From Marsupella aquatica (lineage: Eukaryota; Plantae; Marchantiophyta), in NCBI GenBank assembly GCA_973895155.1, contig OZ316898.1:8543079-8607078 (forward strand): DNA of 64,000 bases. The letters run 5' to 3'. The notes beneath the pieces were generated by a model, which had not been told where the DNA came from, did no database searches, and saw only the letters and a list, made by a program, of their open reading frames with translations. The position numbers and the translations under genes were made by a program. Position 1 is the first letter of the stretch, and each line of letters starts with the position of its first letter. Shown piece after piece: positions 25,101-37,714 of the stretch.

Positions 25101-26599
25101 TTGGGTTTGGTCACCTTAGCGTTACACTAACCCAGTAAGAGCACTTCAACCAGTGCAGGCCAAAAGCCCTGCCATCTGGGAGTTTAGCAAGCAGGTGAAG
25201 TGTCCATGCATCTGGGTTTGTTACAGGTCCAATAAGCTTACTCACCCGTCCCGCCTTTTGCACTCATCAAAAACTGTGGGCAAGCCATGGGTGCTTTGAC
25301 TACACTGGCCAGTGCAGACATTACATAGAATGTAAGTGGGGCAATTGCTGCTGGGGGGCATTGCTATTTTCTATCTGCCTTGGCTGGCTGTGTCCATCGT
25401 TCTTGTGGAACCCAAACTGCGCATGCAGACCTTGGGAGGGAAAAATCCTGGGCCACAGCATTAGGGCATCTCAACCCTATAGGTTTTTGGGCTCTGGTCA
25501 CCCAGATGCCTGGGGTCGCTTCCCAAAAATGAACACCGGGACCCAAAACCAGGTGCTCCAAAAACGGGGGTGCCTCGAACCTAAATTAAGTCAGTCCATG
25601 ACAGACATAGTGTAAGTCCGGATCATTAAAAAACCCAGTAAGAAATTTGCCGTAAACAACTCGGTGGGCCGACCACCGATTCCAGCGACCTGCTTCACAA
25701 ACGTACCGGGTGTCCATCAGGAATGAAACAGTATCTTTGAAATGCCCTATTGGGGTGCAAGGACCAGGGAACAGTGCAGGTTAAAAAGCCGGGTACTCAC
25801 TCCCAGCCAGCCCAGGCAGGAGGCAGGTGGGAGGGCTCTAACAGGTGGATATGCTCTGAGGTCCTACCCGGGTGCCTTGAACAGAGGTGGCACCATTATT
25901 ACCAACTCCGTTCCTATCCACTACTGTACCGTATGTACTACTGCAGTTGCCCTGAAATCCTGAATTCTCTCGAGTCCTTTTAGTTGACGGGGTTTTGGGC
26001 TTTTTGGACTTGGCTTTTTTACTCTCTAATCAGCTGAAGGAGAAGAAAGAGCAGCCGGGCAATCACTCACTCGTGCTTTCTTTCATTCATGAGAAGCCCG
26101 AGGTAGCCCTGCCAAAGTGCCACTTCTCTCACTGTAGAAGAAGACTCGTCAGCTACATCAAAACGGTCGAAACGAGTTGGGTCGTTTTGGATCCTTTCCT
26201 GTAAGCCTGCCATTCCCTTTCCCGAGTACTCTGTGAAGACTCTCACCTCGTCTCCCACTCCTCCCATCCCGAACCGTTTGTTGCACCTTGATTTGGCTGT
26301 GGACTTCAGGTTGCCTGGTGGGTCGTCGTGATCATCATCATCTTTTTCTGCTCCTTCATCATTCACGGCCAGCTTTTTCTTCGTTTTCTTGCAATTGTGC
26401 TTCTGCCCTCTCCAGAACTCACTTTGTGGAGACGAGCGTTTCCTGGGTTCAATTGTATGAATTCCAGTTTTGTAATCAGCTCTGCGATTTGTCATCTATA
26501 GAACTCTAGTCCTCGTCTTTTCTGGGTCGATCGGACGGTCAATCGGTCCAGTCACTGGTTGGTTTATTGGGAGTAAGCAGAGGTCCTAGGAGAAGCAAC

Positions 26600-29500
26600 A
26601 TGGAAGTGTGTGCGAGCTCGTTGTCCGGATCACTACAATTACCAGCTTCTGCAAGGTTTTTGCGCAATCGCGCAGCAGAATTGGGATGGCGACAGCGGAG
26701 CCAGGCTTTGGGATGGCCGAGGAAAGGAAATTCGTCGAGAGGACGTAGAGGCACGGCTGCTAGATGCGAGGGCAACGGCGCAGGGGTGGCTGAAGGGCCC
26801 GATTTGAGCGTGACGATCAATGGCCTGCATCTCCCGAATCCATTTGTCATTGGGTCGGGACCTCCGGGCACGAACTACACCGTGATGAAACGTGCATTTG
26901 ATGAAGGTTGGGGCGGTGTCATTGCAAAAACTGTGAGCTATCACACCTGCATTTCGTATGTGTGATTTGGTCATTCTTAGTCTTACACCTTAGCGTAATC
27001 CCCTGTCGTTGACATGTGGTAGATGAGTTCCCTTCCTGGCAACTTCAGATCTCAGTGCATGTTATAGGTCTAGAGAGTTCAGGGGGTTCGGTTTACATCA
27101 TCCTGGTGGGTCTGAGAGAATGCCTGGTGCCATGCCCCTTTCATTAGAATTGCCTATAGGTCTAGTGTCCGAAGCTATTAGCCCCCCTGTGTGGTACACC
27201 TCGTGGTGGTGGATCTAAACAGAATGCACCTTGAGTCCCTCCTCTTACTGAAATCAAAACCGTCTCGCAAAATTGAAGTACAAAAATCGATGCAATGGGA
27301 CAGGAGGTCAAATACCCAAACGGTTGCTGCCAGAGAGAGACTTGACCTTAAATGACTCTCATTTTCTACTATCATTTCTGATATGTTGTCATATTGAAGC
27401 AACGGGAGTGTCAAGTTTTTGAAAAGGATGCGAGAGGCTTAACGATTTGAAATACTTGTCCTGTTCTTCTCATCCATTTACTCATTGTTTATCTTAAGAG
27501 AAAGAGAATATGTATGAAACAAATGAATAACTTTACCGTGCTGGAATGCAGGTCTCCCTTGATTCCTCAAAGGTAGTGAATGTGACACCTCGCTACGCCA
27601 AATTGCGAGGCCCCAACACCAGGGAGGTCATAGGATGGGAGAATATCGAACTTATCAGTGATCGGCCATTTGAGACGATGCTGGAGGAGATGCACAAGCT
27701 GAAGCAAGAGTATCCTGATCGCATTCTTATCGCTTCTATTATGGAGGAATACAACAAGGCAGCGTGGGAAGAGGTTATTGAGCGAGTGGAAGAGGCTGGC
27801 GTGGTAAGTGATAGAACCTTGTCCCCGCCTAGATTCCAATGAGCTTAGTGAGAACTACGCAATTGATATTGTTTCGAAGACTGTAAGTGAAGCTTTGGGT
27901 AGATGAGCTTAGTGTGGTTGCCCTCCATTCCTCTCGAAGGTACTCTAGAGAGCTGAGAAGTTAAAAAAAGACTCAAGTTCTGAGAAGTCCTAGAAGAGGC
28001 ACTTTGGTTGTCGTTTTCGTCTAGAGACCCACTATCCTAACGCGTGGGATAGGCTGTGTTTTCTGTGTGCTTGTGGTTCATATTGCTCAATGTGAAGCTT
28101 ATTAACATAGGCGTCTAGTTTTCCTCTCGCCTAGTACGTAATTAAAGTGAAAAAGAGAGTTACGAAGAACGTGTCACTTAAGGAAAGTTGTCTGGTTAGG
28201 ATGCCTTGGAGATCAACTTTTCATGTCCTCATGGGATGCCAGAACGTAAAATGGGAATGGCAATGGGTCAAGATTGCGAGCTTCTGGATGAAGTTTGTGG
28301 TTGGATCAACAAGAAAGCTTCTGTACCTGTTTGGGCGAAGATGACTCCCAACATCACAGACATAACTCAGGTATACGTCCATCAGGTTCCTTGCCTCATT
28401 TTAGAACGCGTCGGTTATTGAAATACTGTTGCCAGAGCGTTGCCACAAACTATTTACATTGAGATGTTGGTTTAGCATCTTGGATATTGTAAGAATTTAT
28501 CTCTGCACTGTGCGAGCTTGGGTTTTTGTGGTCATCCAAGATTATGACAGTGTGCTTCATTTGAAATCAGTTGTTGCGGATATGAATCAAGTTTTGAGTA
28601 TCTTGTTCTCTTGTCATGTCTTCACCAGCCAGCCAGGACAGCCTTGCTTGGGGGCTGCGAAGGTGTGGCGGCAATCAACACAATAACTAGTGTGATGGGC
28701 ATCAATCTTCGAACCTTACGCCCAGAACCCTGCGTCGAAGGGTAAGCCGTTTCGAACTTAAAACAAAACTTGGAAAAAATAGGGGAACCTGACTCATCTC
28801 CAGAGTTCAAGAGATTGAATGCAACACTTTTGTATATGATTCCGGCCTTTCCGTTTTGTAAGTGAGCTTTGAGAAGGGTGACTTGAGGGTAAACGCCAAG
28901 CAGAAGGCTGTGGTGACCCATATATGGTTGTCTGGCAGATACTCTACTCCTGGTGGCTATTCGTCGAAAGCTGTAAGGCCAATAGCGCTTGCAAAAGTAA
29001 TGTCTATTGCGCAGATGATACGGAAGGAATTTCCAAACTCAGATATCTCCCTTTCAGGGATTGGAGGTGTAGAAACAGGAAATGATGCAGCGGAGTTCAT
29101 TCTCCTGGGGGCAAACTCTGTGCAGGTGATTCCTTTCCCTTCTGGCATTTAAGGAAGTTAGGACAGTCTGGGTCATCGGCTGTGATTGGCTTGTCGATGA
29201 ACCCCAGGCTCAAGCCCCACAATCCTGTTTACAATAACACGGTTTCTTGCAAATGTAGCAAGTAAGCTAGTGAGCTCAATCTGCGGACGGGGAAACCTTT
29301 TCATGACTAGTCTTTTGCGGGAGAAACTAATTTTTATCAAAATGGTGATGGTCTGCAGGTATGCACGGGAGTGATGATGCATGGCTATGGCCTCGTGAAG
29401 AAGTTATGTACAGAGCTTCAAGACTTCATGAAAGTACACCAATTCACATCCATTGAGGACTTTCGAGGGTAACGACCTGGCAATTCGTAGACATTTAAGA

Positions 29501-30100
29501 ATTTGACAAACTACTGTGGCTACAACTCTGAGCTAGTGTTGTTGGTTGAATGTCATGAAATCAGGTTTGGGGATCCGTTCACCCAGCAGAGTGGACTGAT
29601 ATTGCACTTTGAAGTAACTCTGAACAAACAGTTGTTGTCTGGTCGATAAATCCCATTTTGTTAGTGCCTCACTGAGTCTCAAATGTGACTTGAACTTGGG
29701 CAGGCTTGATGCATAAAACGAAGAACAAATAGGTCTAGAGTAGAGACAGAATAACGAACCTTAAACCTGAAAGAGGCCTAGTTAATGTAGCTTCCTTCTC
29801 GCTATTTGTAGAATATCTCTCTCAAGATTGGGTATCGGTCATTACGTAGTGCCCGATTGTCTCAGTCAGGCTTGGAGGAAGATTGATTTGTTAAGATTAT
29901 TCAGTTCTCTTCATTCGAAAGTAACCTGTTCTCTGACGTCGTATATATGCAGTGCCTCCCTGGAATACTTCACAACACATTCAGAGCTGGTGCGAATGCA
30001 GCGAGAAGCAAGGTCTATCCGAAGAGGGCTTGCTTCAGACAAGGACTGGACAGGGGAAGGCTTTGTGAATCAGACAGAGACTATGGTATCAAACAGCTAA
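26600..30100 (+). CDS. PYD1: Dihydropyrimidine dehydrogenase (NADP+), plastid-targeted, 7 exons
   Basis: Exons 26600-26932, 27552-27803, 28200-28370, 28629-28741, 28939-29125, 29359-29468, 29953-30100. Motifs NPFVIGSGPPGTN, GWENIELISDRP, EINFSCPHG, AKMTPN, GGYSSKAVRPIAL, SGIGGVE. Ser/Arg-rich transit peptide. Confidence 0.96.
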
Positions 30101-31973
30101 AGCAGAGCACATAGGAGATGGGAGGGTCAATCATTAAGTTTTTTAAATTCTGATATCTCGGCCGCAAGTTTACTATTGAACAGCCTGAGCTTTGCACAAA
30201 GTAAGCAGGGCCTGCATAGTTATCTAGACATTGTTAATCAAGCTCTATTGTGTACAGATGGAAATTTGTAGATAACAAAAGCCTGCAAAGACGGCTAGAA
30301 GCTGCGAGTGGAGCAGGTTGTATCTTCTGTGGAAGGGCAATGCCCTGCCCTTCAGTGCTATAACTGTGAATAAGCCATTGAACTCTATACTGCATTACAA
30401 ACTGAGCCCAAATTGATCTTTCAGAAAAGGAGATCAAGAGCCGCTGCACCGAATAGTTACCTGAAATCTGCTTTTTTGTGATGGTTTACTGCTCTTGCTG
30501 TCTCCTTAATCCATGCTCAGGAAATTGTGCAACTTTGGATAGCCTATGCTCCTCGTCGGCCACTTCAAGCACTTACTTTAATTGTAGGATCCAGGCTCTG
30601 GTGCAGTGGATACGCCGGGCCAGTGAGGTTATGCAGAGAAGATGTATAATCTTTCCCTTGATTGAAGGTCGTAAGTTGCGGTTGCTATACCAAAACGTGA
30701 CCGTCACAATTTCATTGGCGTCTCTATGAATCAGCATAAATTCGACCCGAAATTTGTTCTTTGACCAAATTTTGGCCAACCTTGTTTGCTACTCCTGGTA
30801 ACAGCTTGCTTTGGTAGATCTAATTTCCTTTAGGTCAAATCAAACCTGATGCTCTCTGGGTCAAACGAGATGACCTGCACACGCACATGCCTTAATACAG
30901 CCGTGAACTCTTACACCCCTCCACTGAACTAGGTGTCTCCAAAGACAACTCAAGCCTCTCGAATTGCAGTAAGGTTCAAGGTATAAAGTGACTGATAGCA
31001 ATGGTGATATGGAGGATTTGGGATTCTCTATAATACTCGTCTGTTCTCCAGCAACAACCCGGAGAGCAAGAAGGAGATGCCTCTGTGATTCAAATGATAA
31101 TATTACTGAGAAATTATTATCATGCCACATCTTTGCATCCAATGGTAGGGATTTCCCTCAAGTAACTTGGCATGCTTCAAAACAAACACACCAACAATAA
31201 CAGACCTCAACACTTAAACCACACCTGCCCACATAAAAGCCTCATTCCATGCCTCCCTACTCACCATAAAAGGTGTAGCACTCTCCACCTTTTGTGGGGC
31301 ACTTGCCAATAATTGGTGTTGCATTCACAAAAATTTGTGGAACTCAAAGTCCATTCTTGCACCTGTGCTGCATTGTACAATGATCACTATATTCATTAAA
31401 ACTGAAATTATAAAGGATATAGGGAAATTTGGCGATTTAAAAACATAGTTTTATGCATGAAAATTGTAAATTTGGAAGATGAAAAATGAAAATTCAAGCA
31501 TCATTAAATGTAAATTGGGGACAAAAAAATGAAATTTTGGGAAAGTAAAATATTAAATTGGATGATATTAAAAAACATTTGGGTGATAAAAGTGTTCATT
31601 TGGTTGGAAAATAGATAGAATCTAGTAATAACATATAAGCTTGGATAGCATCTATATTCAAAACATTTAGCTTGAGTAAGATATCTAACTAAGCACCAAT
31701 ACAATGGAATGACTATAGTGTCTAGACAAAGTTAACTAGGATGATATCCAACCTACTAGAAGGAATGAAATGGCATCATTTTCTAGAATTAAAATATACT
31801 AAGACAAATAAAATAATAATTATAAGAAAGTCCATTCAATAGCTTTGAGAGATCATAGAGTATTAATTTGATTGTCTTGTTCTCTCACTTTAGACCAACG
31901 CATGGAAATCAACTCGACCCTCTTAATCACAAGTCATTTGAGTGGAGACTTGTAACCTACGAGTTCTATCAAT

Positions 31974-34813
31974 CTACTCATCAATTATACCTTCCATGTA
32001 AATTTTGAGAGTTTTCAAAACATTCTTAGAAATTATCAAACCTCTATCCATAATATTTTGTTCTTTAGCACCTGACTTAAACCCATACATTGCAGAATTT
32101 GCAAACTTCCAACTTTGAGTAACATTGTCAAACCCAGGATCCAGCTCCCAAGTCTTAGTGGTTTGAAAGCAACGTTCATATCGAACATCGTTCATTTGAA
32201 TCAATCGTGGTACAGGATGAATGCTTTCACACTCCCAAACCTCAGCCATCAACCCCAAGAGGGTAGCAACCTCTTTGTATCTGACCTGTTTGGATACTTG
32301 AGAAAATAATGCATCCACGTCTTCATGGGTGTGGCCAACCATGAGGAATGACATTTGCACAGTTTCAAACACCCCCTGCTAACAAGCTCAGTGCAAAATG
32401 CCATCACATATTGATTTTTGTTATCTTTCCCTGAATTGTCCATCTGCAACGTTAGGTGCCTTGGTAAGGGCTTGAAAGAGCCCCTAGTAGTCTCAGGATC
32501 ATCCTTAGAACCAACATCCACTATGCTTGACTTTTTAGTCTCCTGACCATCTTCAATGCCTTGAAATCGAACAATTGAAACATTTTTGGGTTCCAAGTAA
32601 CCGGCCAGAAATGCTTCAAAGTCTAGAAGGGACTGAAATATTGGCCTAGTTGCATTCCAATTCAATCCCTCAAGAAGGTCTCCAGTTTTGTCTCCTATGT
32701 AATCTTCCAAATCTCGGAGGCATTTGGCCAAAGATGTCACGGTAAAGTCTGCATCTCCAGGCCAAAGTCCAGTCAAACTGAAATGTGCATACACTCCAGG
32801 ATCTCTTCCATGGGTTAACATCCCAGTAAGAGCAATAGGCAAAGGCTGACCACTACCAGAAAGGGATTTTGGAGTGGGGACCAACCTGGGGATCCAAGTC
32901 TTGGCTTGATCCATCTTATCGTGAATAATGCAAAGATAGCTTTGAGGATCCTTCTTTGCAAGAACCCTATGAGCATAGTAAACATATATTCTTGACATTT
33001 GTTCATGAAGATGTCGCGCTCTTTTCTCTTCAATCTCTGCACGCTCTTTTTTTCTCTTCTCCCACATCAATTGATCTTTGAACTCAGTGCAAAATGTGCA
33101 CTTGGCAAATGCACTTCCCTTGTGAAAGTCAAAATTATCAAATGAGTTTTTCCAGATGTTGTACATAGTAACTTCAGTAACCTTAGCAAACCCATCTAAT
33201 TCCATCTTGGTAAACACCTCTTGGAAAATCTCCTTCTTAGTAAAACAAGATGGGAGCCGATATTCAATAGTGTCAGTGCCGTTGGACCCACCATAGGGAA
33301 GATGTGGCATTGGTTCCCCATTTTGGATTAAAATGGACTCCAACAAGGCGCGAGCGTGCAAAGTGCTTGATCGTGTCTTCCGTTGTCCCTGATTTCCATG
33401 GAAACCAATTGTGCAACCAGCTTCGTATTGATTTTTGTAGTCATAGTACTTTGTTGTACTGAACCCATGCATTTTAATAAATGCATCTTTACAAACCACA
33501 CGTCCCTTTAGAACAAAAAATCCCTTTCTCTTGACTTGCTCCTCTCTACACCCAAAGAGACTAAAGATGTGACTTGTTTTGTTGTCACTTGACATTCCAT
33601 GGTATTCCCTCCTCATTGCCTCTAAGTCCTCCCTGGGCATGTTCAAGCAACACTTCAGCTTGCAACAACCTTCTCTTTGGATGGAATCAATGGACTCCTC
33701 GTTAATTTTCAAAAGTGCCCTCGACTCCAAATGCCTTTTCTTCCTCTCCTCAATATCAACTTTTGTCCTCCTAATGAAATTGTATGGTCTTTTTGTAGGT
33801 TTACCATCACCATCCGAATCCGGATCGCCCTTAGTTCGACCCAACTCCATCCACTTCTCTGAAACTTCCTCAAGGATATCCCCAAGAAACCTTTGAGACG
33901 AAATCAATAGAAGGGATTTGATTTCCCACCTCACCAAGCCAGGGGTACCAACACGGATATTTGGAAATAATCCGGGTTCATTGATATTCACAACAGCAAC
34001 ACCAACATGATCTGCACCAAGAAGTTCATCGTCAACGGCACCTGTTTCAAATGGGACCGTGATAACACCTGTTGCAACCTTTCGACAACGAGAAGCGTCA
34101 TACAAATCAACCTCCTCCGCCATCCAGTTGGAACGTAGTGTAAAATTTTTTAATGGAAGATCATTGAAAATATTTGAACTACCAAACACGCCAAAATTTT
34201 GTAGAGTGCCCTTTCTAGAAACATGCGCAACATCCCAGATAACCCAGGTATGCAAGGCCTCTTCTATTGTATCAGCTCCAGGGTGCGAGTATGGCAATTT
34301 TTGATTTCCCTTAACAATATCAGATATTCTTATACTGATGCGACCAACCCCGAGTGTTTCAGTATGACAAATATCCATCGGATTTGTCTTGAAAACGACT
34401 CCATTTGCAACCAACTGATCAAAAATGAACATCTGAACTTCATCTCCTTCCTTGAACACGTCCTCTTCAACCCTTGCATCAATTTTGGATTTATCATTTC
34501 TAGCATCTCCAGCCAAAGAGAAATCATCGACATTGATTCTTCGGCGCTGAGTTGATGACCTCAAGTATGCCAATGCACAATCCCAAATCACGCAGGAGTC
34601 AATTGCCTCAGCCAATGTAGAAAATTTGGGCGAAGGAAATGGAAGTTGACACGATCCATCAAAACACTTTTCGATCAATACCCCAATTCGATTGTCCCCT
34701 AGACAAATGTTCTGTATAGTATCCTGGGGGTCAACCTTTTGAACTATCCCAATTGCCGTTTCAAATCCATCGATCACCAATGACACTTCATCTCCTCGTG
34801 TAAAATTGATCAT
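31974..34813 (-). pseudogene. DDE transposase with three N-terminal Tnp1/En-Spm-like domains; frameshifted near 32375
   Basis: Motifs CCKLKC, VCKDAFIKMHG, KCTFC..FK, IIHDKMDQAKT, LQMDNSGKDNKN, then SFLMVGHTHEDVDALFS in the next frame. The shift lies in a G-run. The C-terminus looks truncated. Confidence 0.85.
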
Positions 34814-34940
34814 GATAGCGGACTATCTGTATTCAAATAAAGTTAGAAATTGTTAAGTTCCCCATGTTACAATCATGTTTCAAAATCTGGACTCTCCTCC
34901 AAAAAATATTGTAAAATCACTCAAAACCCTAAATACATTC

Positions 34941-35275
34941 AAGTCGGGTCAGAATTATTTCGACCCTCCTCCAACATTATGTCTTGAAATGATTGAATTG
35001 ACTAAACATTTACAAGTCGGGTCGGAATTATTTCGACCCTCCTCCAACAAATGTCTTGAAATGATTGAATTGACTAAACATTTACAAGTTGGGTCGGAAT
35101 TATTTCGACCCTCTTCCAACAATATGTCTTAAAATGATTGAATTGACTAAACATTTACAAGTCGGGTCGGAATTATTTTGACCCTCCTACAACAATATGT
35201 CTTAAAATGATTTAATTGACTAAACATTGATAAGTTGGGTCGGAATTATTTCGATCCTACTCCAACTATTAAGTT
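34941..35275. repeat. ~73-bp tandem repeat x5 with palindromic core GGGTCGGAATTATTTCGACCC
   Basis: Units start at 34941, 35014, 35086, 35159 and 35232; an inverted partial copy lies at ~35361-35389; immediately upstream of the transposase ATG. Confidence 0.9.
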
Positions 35276-36859
35276 GAAATTATGTCAAAACTATTTGTGA
35301 AACTATCTTGCTTATGCTTTTATATACCAGTTTAAAATGCTAGTTAAGATGACATAGTCAGGTCGACACGAAATAATTCCGACCCACTTCTAGAAACTAT
35401 GTTAGTAATCACATAAAGGGGTACAGTAAGTTCTACACATGCTAGACTGTGGATAAAGGTCTAGAATGAGTAAAATATATGATCTAGAACCTAATGTGTA
35501 AATCTTAATCTAGGTTTGGCTTAAAGGTATTGAATTAGATGTAGTTGAGCTAGTACTTCTAAGATAAATAAATAAAATCACTAACCTGCTCCGCAATATA
35601 TCTCTGTCCACCCTTGTACAAGCTAAATGGGTACCTTGGATGCCAGCATTGTAACTCTTAGCACCACAGTGCTCACCAGTGCCCTTACTAAACCTTGCAT
35701 TCAACCATGATGACCTAAACAAGGCACTCGGACAGAGGAGAGTCAGTGATCGTACCAATCACTGTCTAAATGACAATGAACCAAAAAATGGATTGTGGGA
35801 GGTCTATACTCAGTTTGAGAGGCAAAAAGCCCACACATTACCCAGCACACGAGTGGACACCAACAGATCGGGCACGGGTGGATGAGGCACGCACCCAGCA
35901 CACAAGTAGACATCGGATAGGGTGTCAGCCAATCACTCACGAGTGATAGGTGAGTTGCGAGCACACACCGCTGACAGCTCAGAAGTTTAAAATTGGTAGG
36001 TGAGTCGCGAGTGGTCGTGAGTGGTCACACCATCGGTGACTCACGATCACATGCACCGAGGAGGGTCTCCATCATTGGCGCGCATTGATGCCTCCGTACC
36101 CTCTCGGATCCTTGCCTCCTCGAACTCCTCGCTCGCAGGGGGTATAGGAAGGCAGGCCTTGCGCTTGAGGCCTCATTTCCTTGCCTCCCTCTTGCCTCCT
36201 CTCTCGTCTCCTCACTCCTTGCCTCCCTCTTGCCTCGCTCTAGGGCTTTTGTTTTTGCCTCGCTCTTGGGATTTGTTTTCCGCCTCGCTCTAAGGCTTTT
36301 ATTTCCGCCTTGCTCCCTTCCCTTTTGGGTCACTCCCTCGATCATTGTTTGCCTGTTAGTGCCCTCTTGCAGCCTGTGGCATTCTCCATTGCTGCCATGT
36401 GTCATCTTAAATCTCACTCGCCCCTTACAATGTCTACTTCCTCCAGTTCTGAAGCTTCCACCACCTCCGCCAGTTCTCAAGAGTCATTGAACTTCAATTA
36501 TAACTCTCTATATGAATATGACCCTGAAGACCCGGATGTCCAAAAATTGGTTAACAATGCGTTGGAGGCGTCAAAGAAAGCCCAGTTAACTTTTCCACGT
36601 AAGGCACCACCTGCTTCAACTTCTGGGCGAGGCAACTTTACTTTAATTTGGATTTCAAACTTCTTATTAGGAAAATTTCTATATTCCTTTGCAGTCGCCT
36701 CGCCCCAAGGTCGAGGCGACGTCTACTTCATTCTAGATTTCTTGTTGCTCCGAAGGCGTATTGGACCTTGTATCTTACATTAATAAAGGATCTTTAGCTA
36801 TATTCTATTTTTTGCCTCGCTCTTGGGGCGAGGCGATGTCGTTTGCATTCCTCAAATGT

Positions 36860-37305
36860 AGTCTGCATTCCCAGAAGTTGCCTCGCCCTTGGGGCGAGGC
36901 GATGTTATCTGCATTCCTAGATGTTGTCTGCATTCCCAGAAGTTGCCTCACCCTTGGGGCGAGGCGATGTCCTCTACATTCCTAAATTATGCTTTTCCAG
37001 AAGTTGCCTCGCCCTTGGGGCGAGACGATGTCCTCTGCATTCCTAAATGTTGTCTGCTTTCCAGAAGTTGCCTCGCCCTTGGGGCGAGGCGATGTCCTCT
37101 GCATTCCTAAATGTTGTCTGCTTTCCAGAAGTTGCCTCGCCCTTGGGGCGAGGCGATGTCCTCTGCATTCCTAAATGTTGTCTGCTTTCCAGAAGTTGCC
37201 TCGCCCTTGGGGCGAGGCGATGTTGTCTGCATTCCTAAATGTTGTTTGCTTTCCTAGAAGTTGCCTCGCCCTTGGGGCGAGGCGATGTCGTCTACATTCC
37301 TAAAT
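36860..37305. repeat. 64-bp tandem repeat (~7 units) with GC hairpin TTGCCTCGCCCTTGGGGCGAGGCGA
   Basis: Near-identical units within the first cargo-gene intron; the same palindrome is dispersed at ~36695, 36812, 37381, 43728, 43793 and 43887. Confidence 0.9.
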
Positions 37306-37714
37306 AATGTTTGATTGCTTGGATGAGGTAGCAGGGCTAATTGCACTAGGAGCAAAGAAGATTTTGCAATCTTCTATTTGTCGCCTCGCCCCAAGGGCGA
37401 GGCACCTTGAAAGTTTTCCACATGTCAATGTTAAAAATATGATGCTGACCATTTTGTTTTCAATGTTTCTTACCAGGAAAAAATCTTGAGAAGCCGGAGT
37501 TAAATATTATGGACGAGGATATCAAGGACTTTGTTTTCCCTGACCAAGATACTCCAGGATTTAGATGGGCACTAGAAGTTGGGGTGTCGGCGGAAGGCAG
37601 TCTCTTGATTTGTTTCAAGGGCCTCACAAGTCAATTGAATGACCGCAAGACAATTGTTACTCTAGGTCCAGTCGTCCTTGTGAACACGGACAACAACCGC
37701 AATGCAACGATTAT

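Noticed and set aside
20000-25900. Short ORFs in the AT-rich stretch between the PLAT gene and PYD1
   Set aside because: No coherent splice path or recognisable motif; probably decayed TE sequence that I cannot classify
34941-35275. Second CRISPR-like array
   Set aside because: Whole 73-bp units are repeated and there are no unique spacers
36860-37305. CRISPR-like palindromic repeats at regular spacing
   Set aside because: Intervening sequences are identical rather than unique spacers, there are no cas genes, and the context is a eukaryotic intron; it is a tandem repeat
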